The notes below the pieces were generated by a model, which made no database searches, was not told the DNA's origin, and saw only the letters and a program-made list of their open reading frames with translations. Positions 12,111 to 25,826 of a stretch of 64,000 nt of DNA are shown piece by piece; within the stretch, counting starts at the first letter, position 1, and each line of letters starts with the position of its first letter. Source of the stretch: Antechinus flavipes. Its lineage: Eukaryota. A program made the position numbers and the translations under genes. The DNA lies in assembly GCF_016432865.1 (NCBI RefSeq), contig NC_067398.1:164548001-164612000 (forward strand). Direction: 5' to 3'.

Positions 12111-13684
12111 ACTCAGACAGACATAGCCCTCCTAGGTTTTGTCTGGGACTGGTACCCTTCTTAAAACAGTTTGAGTTGCCAATGTTGGCTTGAGATTAGT
12201 GTTGATGGACTGATTGAGGGAGATACACAGTCTCTGCAAAGGAGAGAGGAGTTCTTGGCTGAGAAGAGAGGAACCTTTGTTTTGAGTTTCATGTGAAAGA
12301 AAATTACTAGATCACCTAAGACTAAGGTTTGTTTTCAAAAGAGAGCAGTATTGATTATAGATTGACTAATAATTTTTTATTTTATGCATTGAGAGATGCA
12401 AGTCTAATTAGTGTTTTCCTCATGCTAGTTAGCAAAAGTAATTAACTACAACCGTGCATCATCACTTGGTTTCTTTCAAGACTCAGCTCAAACCTCACCC
12501 TCTATATTGTTCCCTTCTGTATTCTCCTAAGCCACACTACACTGTAATATATCTATAGGGTATTCATTTAGGGCAGCTTCTCTAAGGCAGATAACCCAAA
12601 AGTAATAGCAAAGACTATAAATAGAAAAGGTAAAATAAGTAATGAATAAATAGATGAATAAATAGCCTTTGTCTTCTCTCCCCAGAGGAGAAAGGGATGG
12701 GGGAAAGAGAAAAGAAGCTACAAGTGAGGAAAATATAGGAGAAGTAGGAGTGATTATTGGTCCCTCAGAGGCATCCATTGTGGGGGCGATCTCTCTGACA
12801 ATCAGCCTTTATCTCTTCATTGCCCTGGTGCTAAGAGCTGGTTTACACTGTAGTGTTTGACCACAGGACTGTCTGCTGTTTGTTTAAGCCCATAGGAAGA
12901 TAAGATTCTTTAGAGAAAGGAACAGGAAAAACCCCTTTGGTTTGGGTCTGGGACTAAAGCCCCTAATTTAAAGGCTGAGAGAACAAACCACAAACTGTAG
13001 CATTCATTATTCCTAGCTCTGACTCCAAGATGTCTAAAGTATGGCTTAGAATTGCAAAATTCTCAACACAAAATGCTATTTCAATTTAATTTAAATAGGA
13101 CATCCATGATATCTTACAATGTCTCTTGTTTTTCTGGAATTAGATAGATTGAGTGTTGTATTTGGAACCTTAAAAAAAAAAAACAGAACTGGGGTTTGAA
13201 TTCTGCCTCAGAAACTCACTGGTTGTGTGAAACTAAGTTAGTCAACTTAATTGCTCTGTGCTGCAGTTTCTTCAATAAATTTGACTCTCAGGCTCCTGCT
13301 AGTTCTAAATGTATGATCCATTGGATTGATAAATGTCCACTGAAAAAAATCAAAAAAGAAAAAGAAAAAAATAAGACCATAACAGGATACCACAATTCCC
13401 ACTGGTACTCAGAGGTAATACTAAAGCAAAGGAAAGATTTTGATTCTGAAGATGTAAATGTCATAAGATTATATTATGAATGGCAAACATGTCAAATGAT
13501 GCTTACAAAAATATAACAGGAAAAAGTATATATAAGCACTATTTTAAATAAGTAATAGAATAACATATAGGAACTACAAAATCCTAAAAGGATAGCTTGG
13601 TATGCCATGAAAAGCTTCAGTAGTTGATTTACATGTTTCTCACCACAGTTCCTCCAAAAGTAGCAAATGAAGGCCAGTCAGTAA

Positions 13685-13960
13685 ATATTTCTTAAATCAA
13701 TCAGCATTTATTAAGTGCCTTTAATGAGTCAGGAACTATGCTAATTGTTTTGCAAAAGATAGTCCCTACCCTCAAAAAGTTCACAATGTAATGGGACAGA
13801 AAACAGGCAAGCAACTTTGAATAAATAAACTGAATACAGGGTAAATAGGAAATAATTAACAGAGCAAAGGCACTGGAATTAAGAGGGTCTGGGAAAGACT
13901 GTAGAAGATGAGGTTTTAGTTGGCACTTGAAAAAAGACAAGGTAGTTGGTTAAAACTGAA
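13685..13960 (-). mobile_element. L2 3' end
   Basis: aatcaatcagcatttattaagtgcc...gtccctaccctcaaaaagttcacaatg. Confidence 0.75.
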
Positions 13961-14529
13961 GGAAGTGACAAGCTGTTTAACAGCAGAGGAGACAGGTTAA
14001 GTTGTTCTCCTGAAATGGCTTTCCTGGGATGATAGGATTTAGAACAAGAAGGGGCTTTAGAGATTAGCTCCTGAGAGCAGGTATATTTGAAGTTCTAAGG
14101 AAACAGGAAATTGGGTCTCAAGAAACTCTATTTTTTTCTCTGTTGACTAAGGTTAAAAAAAAATTAGACAATGTATTTCAAAATTATGAAATAAAGATTA
14201 TGGAGGCCTAATTACTTCACAGAAACTTCTCACATGTGATTAACATTTTCTTTCAAGAGAGAAGGGAAAGGCTCTGAACATGGTGGGCATTGAACAGCAG
14301 CAAAAATATATAAATCATTATATCATGATAGAATGAAAACAGCTGTTTCCCAGAGGAGGCACCATTTTCCAATCTGTTATTTGTGTTCAGTCAGATTATC
14401 TACTTGTTAGAGCAAACATACAAATAAACACAAAATTATGAGAAATTCAAAGTCACAAACATTAATTTAAGCACTTGCAATGTGCAAGACACTATGGTAA
14501 CCTTAGTGAGAGAATTTAAAAAAAAACAA

Positions 14530-15118
14530 GCAAATGATATATTTTCCCCTCAGGCAGCTTGCCATGTGTAGATGAAATGCAACATTTAGATACTTGAGGT
14601 TTATATGAGGTGTTTAAGGAGGACCAGACCTCTGGTATGGGGATTATAAAGCCCTTTGTAGGGCTTCTCATTTGGTGTCCACCTGATACAAAACCCACTT
14701 GTGGCTCCAAGAATCACATACACAGCAGTCATACAGCTTGGCAGATGGGCTAACCCAGGACGAGAGTAACTAATGAACCTCAGACCTATTTGTAAATTAG
14801 GGGGATGTCTACCCCAAACATGTGAAGATACCCCCATCCAATAGAATGAGCAGATGAGAAAAAATTGTGCGAATGGCCATGAAGGCAATGAAAGTGAAAA
14901 CAGAAGAGCATTTCAAGAGTGGCCAGACACTGAAAGTGCCAAGATCATTCACTGCATTCAAGATCATCCTTAGTTGTCCTGACACCAGTCTTTGATGACT
15001 CTGGAAAAGAGAATGAGCCTGATGACTTTGCACAACTCTACCTCACTTAAATCCAATTTATGCACAAGACATCAGCCTGTGATGTCATTGGTCCTTTTTG
15101 AAAATGAAGGGCAAACCA
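14530..15118 (+). mobile_element. RTE-related marsupial retroposon (RTESINE/RTE-type)
   Basis: ttagggggatgtctaccccaaacatgtgaaga...cctcacttaaatccaatt...gtgatgtcattggtcc..gaaaatgaagggcaaac matches a recalled marsupial RTE-derived repeat. Confidence 0.75.
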
Positions 15119-15589
15119 TAACATAGATGAGTATCAAGTAATTGTAGAAGGTAGGGAGCCCTGAAAGGCTCAGGAAGTACTTTACATAGGAAATAGCATC
15201 TAAGGTGACCCTAGTTTGAAATTAATGGTTCTAAGAGGCAGAGGAGGGGAAATTTCTAGGCATCATTTTCTGTGCCTGATTCCTCTGGATTTCTTCATAC
15301 TTCCCAGGAGGTCAAAGATCACATTTACTATGGAGCTTATCAATCTCCTTTTCCTCCCTCTGATTAGAGATGGTAGAGGAAAGACAGAGAAAGACTCCAG
15401 ATCTTCCATTTAAGGAAGATAACAAGGGCAACTCTCTCTGTTTCCCACCCTATTTCCCTCTCCTGAACTTTATTATCATCCCTATTCTCTGCTTTTCAGC
15501 TTCCTTGTATGTACTGTTTTCCCCCATTAGATTGTAAACTCCTGAGGAAGAACTGTCTATTACCTTCTGTTGTATCCCCAACACTTAGC

Positions 15590-15820
15590 CTGGCACTTAG
15601 TAGATACTTACTGTTTAGGAATTTTTCAGTCATTTCTGACTCTTCATGACCCTGGATTTTCTTGACAAAGACACTGGAGTAGTTTGCCATTTCCTTCTCC
15701 AACTCATTTTACAGATGAGGAAACTGAGGCAGGCAGGGTTAATGACTTGCCTAGGGTCACACAGGCCAGATTTAGAGTCTTTCTGACTCCAGGCCCAACA
15801 CTCAACCAGGCTCAACACTG
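15590..15820 (-). mobile_element. MAR1-like SINE (CORE plus BovB-type tail)
   Basis: ttcttgacaaagacactggagtagtttgccatttccttctccaactcattttacagatgaggaaactgaggc; related copies at ~17325-17580, 19970-20140, 37870-38090, 45300-45540, 51400-51630, 53920-54160, 57100-57370. Confidence 0.8.
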
Positions 15821-16369
15821 GCACTTTATTGATTGACTGGGAAGGAGAGACAATCAGTAGGAAGAAGTATCTGAAATAGAAGTATGTGTAATAGAGTTGG
15901 GACTGAAACAAAGAATAGATTGAGGGAAGTAATATAAAACCATTTGGTAAATATAGGTTCAAGGCAGATTGTGGAGGATTTTAACCAAGAGAAAGGAAAG
16001 AAATAAACCTTTGTTAATTGGCATCCATGTGCCAAGCACTGTGCTAAGTGTTTTACAAATATTATCTCATTGATCTTCACAACAACCCTAGAAGATAGGT
16101 GCTATTATTATCCCATTTTGCAGTTAAGACAGAGATGAAGTACTCAGGATCATGCAGCTGATAAATGTTTGAGGATGGAATTGAACGGGGGTAATCCTGA
16201 CTTCAGAATGAACATTTCATCCATCGAGCTATTGAGTTTCCTCTAAAGAGCTAGTATTTTTTCCCCCTAGAAAACAATTGAAGATTTTTGCATAAGGGAA
16301 TTTTATAGTTAAATGTCTGCCTTAAGAAGGTTACTTTGGTTGCTAGATAGAAGAAAGCTTGGGGAGGAA

Positions 16370-16448
<79 letters not shown>
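16370..16448. repeat. (GA)n microsatellite
   Basis: Near-perfect GA run of ~78 bp. Confidence 0.98.
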
Positions 16449-16451
<3 letters not shown>

Positions 16452-16589
16452 CAGAGGTCATTACAATAGTCTAACTGAGAAGGGAAGGATCCAAAAAAAT
16501 GGGAGGAGAAATGTGAGTGTGGAAAAGAAGATGGAAATGAGAGAAATTGAGGAGATAGCATTCTGTCCTGTCAAACACATAATATGAAA

Positions 16590-17300
16590 GACCTAAGAGA
16601 AGACTGAAATACCTTGTTTGGACCTTCAATGGGAGATTTACAGAATATAGACAAGCGTTTTTGACCTAACTATCCATGTAGGAAACAAAAGAAGATGAAA
16701 ATGATTATTGTCCAAACTAGGATATGACACTGGATGAATTCCTCAATGAATTCACCCATAAGCACATATATCTTAGACAGACACTGCAAATGGATAGTAC
16801 ATTAGGTCCAGAATTGAACAGGAAATAGGAGATTGAATTTTCTTTTGAGAAATTGTACATATTTTTAAAAAATTAACTAAAATATTAATCTGAAACAAAA
16901 ACCATTATTTTTCTGATGCTATATAAGCATGAGATATAGAACAAAACAGTCTCTGAAGAACCGAAAATTCATATCACACAGAAGAATATGATGAATGATA
17001 TAAACAATTTAGAACTTCAAAGAAGAAGAATAGCAAGATGTCTCTGAGGAAATGAGAAAGAGAATGGGATTTGAGCATTTTTCCAATGAGGTTTTATGGC
17101 TATGAATCATGGGACACAATAGCCACAGAAGAATAGGATCTGAGGATCAGCCAAAATGCAGTAGAGAGGTGCAAATGAGTGTGAGCAGGTCATAATACAT
17201 TACCAAAGAGTAATTTCACAGGAAAAAACATGTAAAAGATGTTATCAAAGAAAAGTTGTGACTGCTAGAAGAGATGGACTATGCATTGAGTAAGAGTACA
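16590..17300 (+). mobile_element. RTE-clade LINE 3' RT fragment, highly degraded
   Basis: YIYLRQTLQMDSTLGPELNRK resembles the RTE 'YLGQ..D..EI.RR' block. Confidence 0.6.
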
Positions 17301-20300
17301 GGATAACCTAATTAGTAGTTAGCCTGAATTGGGGCAACTAGTGGATAGAGTGCCAGGTCTGGAGTCAGGAGGACTCATCTTCCTGACTTCAAATCTGGCC
17401 TCAGACACTTATTACCTGTGTGATCCAGGTCAAATCACTTAATCCTATTTGCCCCAGTTTCTTCATCTATAAAATGAGCAGGAGAAGGAAATGGCAAACC
17501 ATTTCTGAATCTCTGCTAAGAAAATCCCAAATGAGATCATGAAAAATCAGACATAATTGAAACTACTAAACAACAACAACTTATGTTACACATGTAATAT
17601 CAAGAGAACTAGGATTCCAGAATATGATAGATACTCATCTATCTCCTCACACACAGATTTACAGGAACACATGGGCTAAGCAACTGCAATTTGTTTCATT
17701 GGAGGCAACATCGACAATGATGAGATCATAGTCTCACTGAAATATTAAAGAACAAATCAGATGTCTCCTCTCGTGCACGAGATAAGAAAGAGAAAATTGA
17801 TTCCTACTTTCTTTCTACCAAAAAATTCAAAGAGAGCTAAAAAGGGGGGGGAAGGTGAATAAATACAATTATACAGAGGTCTTACCGCACTGTTATGTCT
17901 CTTGTCAAAATTAATATTATGAGAACAAGCCTAGAATAGTGGAAGAAATATGAGCATGGAATTAAGAGACCAAAGTTCAAATCTCATCTCAGATATTTGC
18001 TAGCTGAATGACTACTTAATTCCTAGAGGATTCATTTCCTTATCTGTAAAATGGGAATGATATTAATATTTTACTACCTATCTCACAGAATGGTTTTTTG
18101 TAAATCACTATTTAAATTGGAGTTTTTAGAGCCATTTCTAAGGAATGACAACTAGGATTTTGATCGAGGGAAAATTTTTTTTATACCTTCCCCAGGTAGA
18201 AACAACCAAACTTAATTAGCAAGACTAATAAGTTGAAATAGGGAACTATCATTTATCAAGCTTTCTAGTCTAGTCAACCACATCCCAGGTAAGTTTTTCT
18301 TCAATTAAACTTCACCCTTCTTCAGCCTCCCCAGCATCATCCTCATGATTCACCCCACTCCAACTGAATTTATCTGCCTGTATAGATTCAAATATGATAA
18401 TTTTGTTCTTTTAAAAAACTGAACTTATCAGACATTTAAAAATGAACATTTTTGTATATGTTGTAGAACAGAAGAGGATTGTGCATGAAACTGTGAAATT
18501 CTGTTGTCGAGCTTGCTTTTTTTTAAGTATATGACTTCAACAAGTAACTTTCACAGTTGTCCTGCTTGTCATAATCATTTATTTAAAGAGCTACATTTTA
18601 TGGTACTTGTTCCAAGTAACAGAATTGCTAGATACAAGCTCCAGTTATTATTATCACTATCCAACTTAGCTCAACTTTCAGGCAGTCCAGAGAAGGTACT
18701 GAGGATAAAAAACGAGAAATTTGCTTTACCTATGCTGTTCTCAACATTTTCTACACATAATCTCCCAGTCCCACTCCAGATTTACCCTAAAACCTAGTAG
18801 ATGCCTTCATTGAATGAACATTTTAAATTATATGACCATATCTACATTAAACTACTACTTTAACCATTTTAGTCAAAAATATCTCAAACAACTTCAGATA
18901 TTTTTCAAAGGTAAGAAAATGATATAATGAACTAAATTTTCTGTAGTTGGGCTTATCTGGATCTGAGTAAATTAGGAGATTTAGAGGGATAAACCTAGGA
19001 TCTCTATAGTATTCCCATAACCTCAATTCTCTTTGCAAAAGGTTGTTCTAGGCAGGGTTTACTATACCTGTCAATTTGATCCAATAGATCTAGGCCACTA
19101 AACACTAGGCCATATCCACCAATCAGGTCCCAAGTGCATCTGGACTAGAAAAGGGGGAAAAAGGTTAAATTATTATTAGTATGTCTTAAAGTGCCCCAAA
19201 CATCTTATTTTTGTACTGAAAATATTTGGGCTTTTAAATAACTCCTAATTTGAAGATTCCATCATTTTTCCCCCTTTCACAATTGATTTTCACCAGAACT
19301 TTTGTTTTCTAGTCTGAATCTAGCTTTCTTTCTTTTTTTTTTTTTACTGGAATAGTTTTTTTTCTTATAAATAGACCGAGTCTGATAATTCAATTTTTCC
19401 CTGGGTTGTTAATTAAAGTCTTGTTATGGCATCTATCTAGATAGTCTACAGAGCAACAACTTCTTCAGGATAGGAATTTTGAAGTTTCAGTGGAGAATCA
19501 AAATTTACCAGATTTTACTTTGTTTTTTTAAAAGGCACTTCAAAGTTTATTAGTTTCTATTGAGTACAAAATAAACAAAGTGCAAGGTGATTTGAAAAGT
19601 TTTTTAAAGTGCAGCTTCTTCTCTTTGGTTTGGGTATTTTGTTTTTCTTTTTCTTTAAGACACACAACGCACACATGCACACATGTGAGAAAAGGAGGGG
19701 GAGAAATGGCCTTTGATGCTGGGCTCATTGATGAACTAATATGAGGCAGCTAATTGGATATAGTAATGTGCTCTATAGTCAGCAAGAACTGAGTCCAAAT
19801 GTGACCTCAGCTCTTACTAGTTATGTGACTGAATTATTTCTTCTGCCTCAGTTTCTTCAACTGTAAACTGAGCATAATAATAGTACCTATTTCCCAGGAT
19901 TGTTGAAAGAGACAACATTTATAAAGCTTTTAGCACAGAACTTGACATATTGTTGTTCAGTTGTTTTCAATCATGTCCATCTCTTTCTGACCCCATTTGC
20001 AATTTTCTTGGCAAAGATATTAAATTGGTCTGCCATTTCCCTTTCCAGCTCATTTTACAGATGAGTAAACTAAGGCAAACAGGGTGAAAAAACATTTGAA
20101 CTCAGGACAATGAGTCTTCCTAATTCCAGGCCCAACCCAGCAACCTGCCTGGCATATAGTAGGTGATTAATAAATGTTTTTTTCCCTTTCCTTCCTTCAG
20201 TTACAAGTGATTGTACCCTGAATAACCTAGGAAGTTTTTGAGAGCTTTAAAGACCTTCTCACAAACAGATAATTTGATTTCTTAAAGAAGAAATTTAGGA

Positions 20301-21616
20301 TTCTGGAAAAATGGAAGAGTAGGTTAGTAAATTTCAGCCTCTCCCAATTTCCCTCACAAATAGAATACATTTTCCCTTCAGGGCAAACACAGACTAGTGA
20401 AAAACCAAGAAAACTTGGGGCAGCACAGTGGTCTTCCTGGTACAACCCTAAGAGATCTGAAGAAAGTTCTCAGGCTGGTGATTGACCTCTGTGAAATGAA
20501 AACATCTGTGGCCTAACTCTGCAGAAACATCAAGTGGGAACCCTTTGGGCTATCTAGTTGTGGATGAAGCCTCAGCAGGAACCACAGGGGCTTTCACACC
20601 CAGACTGTTTGTAGAGTTGGGGTTTAAGTCTGGGAAGAGTGAGCGAACTTCTGCTGAACCTCAACTGTGCTGTTGAGGCTTGGACCTGGGAGAGAAGGAA
20701 CCAGCACCTGCTGAGTGCAGAAACAGTGGGGTAGGGTCACTGATGACTGTGGGCACTTGCAGGAGAATAGAGCTCTTTACTAATACCTCTTATTTAAAAA
20801 AAAATGAACCTGTAAAGAAGAAAGAACCTTACCACTGAAACATATGGGAACAGTGAAGTGGAATTCATCTTCAGAGGAGGACACACTAGTAAAAATAAAT
20901 AAATAAATAAATGTGCAAAGAGTAATATGAAATGGCTCCTTGGCCAGAGAGAATTTATAGAAGAACTCAAAAAAGAATTTAAAAATCAAATGAGAGACAT
21001 TGAAGAAAAACTAAAGAAAAAATTTAAAACCATCCAAGAAAAACAAGACTATGAAAAAAAGTTAATTAATTTAAAAAGGAGGAACAGAGTCTCGGAGATG
21101 AAAATAACTCTTTGAAAATTAGAATCAGGCAAGGGAAAGCCAGTGAAGCTATGAGAGACCAAGAAATAACAAAATAGATTATAAAGAAGGAGGAAATAGA
21201 ATAAATGTAAAACATCTCATAAGAAAAACAGCAGATCTGTAGAACAGATCCAAAAGAGAAAACATAAGAATAACTGAATTGTCAGAAAGTTGTGACCAAA
21301 AAGAGAACCTCAACACAATAATGCAAGAAATAATCCTAGAAAATTGTGCTGGAGTAATAAGATATGAAGAAAAAGTAGAAAAAGAAAAAATCCACCAAAC
21401 ACCACCTCAATGAGATCCTTTGTGGAAAATACATAGGAATATTATTGCCAAATTTCAAAATCCCCAATCAAAAAGAAAATTTTATAAGAAACAAGAAAAA
21501 AGCAATTCAAATACACTGGAGCTATAATTAGAATTGTACAAGATTTGTCAGCAGCTACAATAAAAGACTGGAGGTCTTGGAATCATATCTACAGACAAGC
21601 AAAAGGACTAGACAAG

Positions 21617-21763
21617 ACAGCTAGTTGGTGTACTGAATAGAGTATCAGCCCTGAAGTCTGGAGGACCTGAGTTCAAATCTGACCTCAGACACTTAACACT
21701 TCCTAGCTATGTGGCCCTATGCAAGTCATTTAACTCCAATTGCCTCAGGGGAAAAAAAAAAAA
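21617..21763 (+). mobile_element. WSINE1-like SINE inserted in the half-L1 ORF1
   Basis: cagctag...gaagtctggaggacctgagttcaaatctgacctcagacacttaacacttcc...A tail; the matching site in the copy at ~39620 is uninterrupted. Confidence 0.88.
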
Positions 21764-22243
21764 CCTAGGTCTGTGGCCAAAAATATCACATCCATAAAAA
21801 TTATCTATAATTTTGAATGAGGAAAAAAATGGATATTCAATGAATTTGCAGATTTTCAGGACTTTTTTATCAACCAAACTTGAACTTAACAGAAAATTTA
21901 GCTTATATGAGCAATTTCCATTGGGAATGGGTTTACTAGGCAAAGTACATATATACCATAAAGGGTATAACACCCTTCAAAATATATAAAGAAATAAAGG
22001 GTTAGGGATAGGTGGATGGGAAAGCAAAGGGTGAGGTAAAAAGACAAGGGAAGGATCCCTGGATGAGGGGAAATTTTAAGTAATAGTAATATTATAGTTA
22101 TAGAGCAGAATTTAATGAAAGAATCAAGAAGGATAGGAAAGATGTATGTATATGGGGGGTGTGTGTATATGTATATATTTACATAAATATATCTTTTCTT
22201 AACCATAGCCTGCCCGGAGATGGAGGAGGATAAAAGGGAGATA

Positions 22244-22249
<6 letters not shown>

Positions 22250-22284
<35 letters not shown>
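22250..22284. repeat. (TG)n microsatellite in the half-L1 3' region
   Basis: Perfect TG run; corresponds to the (CA)n at 39118-39171 in the minus-strand copy. Confidence 0.95.
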
Positions 22285-22288
<4 letters not shown>

Positions 22289-24627
22289 ATACATATGTAT
22301 ATACAAATATCTTCTTTTAAACTACAGTCTGCTTGGGGATGTCAGGGGTGAAAAGAATAAGGTAAAAAAAAAAAAAAAAGGTGTGCAGCAGAGAACAAAA
22401 GAACAATTTACAAGGAAATAAAAAAGACAAATACTTATGAATATAATTTCTTCTACTAATATATATACTTTCTTCAAATTGGTATTTGTTATATATCTTG
22501 AATTCTCCCTGGTGTTCTCCTGGGCACATGATAATGTTCTCTTTTCTTTTGTTTCATTTTGTTTTGTATTGTTTTTCTATTTTTCTTTTTTATTATTCTG
22601 TTTCTTCAAAAAAATAAATTTGGAGAAAAACACCAAGAAATTTACCCACCAGTGAAGTGGATTTAATTTTAGAAAACAAGAATTGGGAGGAATCACTTCC
22701 CAAGAATGCTCAACATTTCCACGGGAGTTGTTGCTAGAAGTGGGACCCAGGCAAAGTCAAGGATCAGTCAGAAATAGTTATGGGTTGCCTCGTCAGCTAT
22801 GGGACAGAGTTATTGCTACTTGTCTTTGTATTTTATGATGATGTAAATTCTGCTGCTAGGCAGTGGATTTCTTTGGACAATCACCTGTGACTTGTCTGAG
22901 GAAAGAGGGCACTATTATGCCCAGAGCTCATTTTTACAGGACATCATGAGAAAAACCTTCACAGCAAAGAAAAATGTGAGAGTTCTAGAGTTTTTGTTAT
23001 CAGATTTTAAAAAAGATAGCTGGGTAAGGAAAATGCTTCTCTAGATGCAATATCAGCCGGTCCCAATCTTACAAACTTAAAAATAAGTTGTCTACCTAAT
23101 TCAAGTCATACAAAGTATATACTTGAATACAGAAAGAATCTAGAGAAATGTCATGAGCATAAGCATGAATTAAAAGAGATAATAATTGAACAGTTTACTG
23201 AAAATCTATTTTTCCAACAGAAGTTTCCAACACTCCTGCTCACAAGTGATAAATATTTTTGCCAAGTTATATTTCCTATTGCACTAGAAAATCACCATTT
23301 GCCATATTTATAACTGATTCAAAAGTTTTCCTCTAAGTGCTAAACCCACAGTGTGGTGTATAAAAACAGAAATAAAATAATTCTCCCAGTCAAGTTAGTT
23401 TTTTGTTATTGTTTTTCTTATACAACTTGTACAGAGATTTGATATCATGGCATAGTGAACAGCATGCTGGAGTGGGAATCTGGAAGATCTGAATTTCAAT
23501 CTCTCCTCTGAAACTTACTTTCTGAGTTTCCTCATCTATAAAATGAAGGAGGTTGAAATTAATGATCTCAAAGATCCATCTCATGCTCTTTTGATCCTAT
23601 CCCTCATTGTTCATGCATGGGTCTGTGTTTTAGCATGCTGGATTTGGTGTTATAAAGCACTGAATTCAACTCTCTTTCTTGATTTACCAAATTTTTGACA
23701 AAAGATAAATCACTGAACCTTACTGAGCCACAATTTCTTCTACTATAAAAGGGGATGAGGAGAAATACACAAATACTTATAGTACCTACCTCACAGGATT
23801 GTTAGAAGGATCAGATGGAATCGTTTATTTAAATAACTACATCAATGTCAACTATTACTATGTGATTGAAAAATCTCAGGGGGAAAATGAGTTACTTGTA
23901 CTGTAATCTTGATTTTGCATTAAAAATTGATTGATAGAGATTTTTACAAGTGCCAAAAGGTTGGGTTTTTCCCTAATGATCATAAAAATGGGTAACTAGG
24001 GAGTGATCATTTTAGTTCCTTTCCTACTTACTAATGCTTATGGATTCCATATGTCCCTGAGCTTAGGCTTTGCATAGAAAAAAACAAAACAATGACTCTG
24101 TAATCAGATTAAATGTGACAGAATAGGAGGCTTTTTGACTTGAAGTGACTGTAGGGGTTATATGGGTTAGATAGATGTGTGATTCTAATGATTACTTCAG
24201 AAAAACTCATCCATTTTAAAAGAGGCTAAGGTATTCTGGAAGGAGCATGCATTTGACAGCAGAAGACATAGATTTACCTTCAGGCTTTCTTCTTTTCTTC
24301 CTGTGTCATGCAGGCACTTTGTTTTCTTGATCCTGTAAAATGAGGGAGTTGGACTAGATGTTCCTTCAGGTCCCTTGAAAGTTCTAAGACCTCTGGTTTT
24401 AAAAATATTGAATGACTTTAAACACTCAGTCATAATTTAACCTGTAGTATATTGTTTATCCAACCCCAGAAATTATTTGTTGTGATCCTAGTGGTTACCC
24501 AAACCATCCCCAGTACTTTACTTTGTCCAATTCACTTTTTCCCAAGTGAATGAATCCTTATACCAGGATAATGAAGTTAATTAATTTCATGGCAAGATAC
24601 CAACACATCAAATTAACTTGCAGTGGA

Positions 24628-24897
24628 ATGCAGTCCATGCTAATAAGCAAATCTCTATTTTGGGGATCTCAGTATTTGGGAGGTTCCAAAGGAAAGTGTG
24701 GAAGAGAAGAAGATCTATAATGCTGGTGCTGTTGTATGCCTGTGAAACCACGACAGTACACCAGTGCCATGCCAAGAAACTGAATTGCTTTCATTTGAAT
24801 TGTCTTTGGAAAAATTATGAAGATCACCTGGCAAAAGAAGATACCAAACACTGAGGTCCTTTCTCGAACTAAACTGCCAAGCATTCCAATTCTACTC
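24628..24897 (+). mobile_element. RTE-1-type LINE RT C-terminal fragment
   Basis: SVFGRFQRKVWKRR...LLYACETTTVHQCHAKKLNCFHLNCL, then ITWQKKIPNTEVLSRTKLPSIP. Confidence 0.88.
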
Positions 24898-25826
24898 TTA
24901 CTTCCCAGCTCACACTCATACTCCTCAAACTCCTCTCTTGCTTCAATGTATTAAAGATGTCTTACTTTTTAAAGGTTTAGAGTTAGCATTGCTAGCCAAC
25001 CAATGGCTTCCTACACTCTAAATCTGTCTATCTAGTTTGATTAGGCAAAATTTTCATAAAGAGGTAACAAAGTATAAACACAACTTTGAATTTCACTTAA
25101 GATTTTAACAATTATTGTTTCTGTAACATATTCCTAATATTCTTCAATTTATGTACTGGGGAAGGGAAATCAATTGATCAGAGGTTGCCTAATCAACTCT
25201 GACTCCTCACTCCATGCCAAAACAAATCATATGTTTTCCTGGGAAATAGTAGAACAAATAATTTGGGGTGTGGGGAATTCATTTATCATGCATTTGTTAT
25301 ATAGTTCAAACCTGCTTTATGCCATCAAGTTTCCTTAAAAACATTAGATTGAAATTTGCTTTCAAACACTAAAAGTCTTTCAACTGCTTTGTAATTTGGC
25401 CAGTTTCTTGTTAATATCTGTGAAAATGGAAACAGACTTTTTGTCATCAGGATTTTCTTCTTTCTAGGACCCAGGATGTGGATATCATTCTTTCTGAAAC
25501 AAGAGTCACAAATCTCAGAACTGTTCTTCATTCATCCTTCATTTTCTGGAAAGGAACATTTGAAAGAATAGCATGGCTATTTGACATTTACTGAGTTATC
25601 AGTTTCATTTAATTTTATCTGTCAGGCTTTACAAAATTACAACCTATAAGAAGGCTTCCCATTAAGTTTATTGATGCTGTATAGGACAGACACCCAGTTT
25701 AAATCATTTATCTACCTTCTGCCAAAAGCTAGCTGGCTCCTCCACTTTAAACACATATGCTTAAAAATCTAACTCCACTACTTGAAAATTCTCTTATTTC
25801 CCCAAACTATTCTTTATTCTCACCTT

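Larger units (their letters stand above)
20298..22634 (+). mobile_element. HAL1-like (half-L1, ORF1-only) element, near full length, decayed
   Basis: GC-richer 5'UTR; L1 ORF1-like reading (REFIEELKKEFKNQMRDIEEKLK..., RSKRENIRITELSE..., RNIIAKFQNP); ~700-bp 3' region with no ORF2; AATAAA and A tail; 10-bp direct repeat aagaaattta at 20288-20297 and 22635-22644. Confidence 0.8.

Noticed and set aside
16343-16561. Ser/Leu-repeat ORF (likewise the Thr/His ORF at 39009 and the ORF at 46911)
   Set aside because: Translations of dinucleotide microsatellites.
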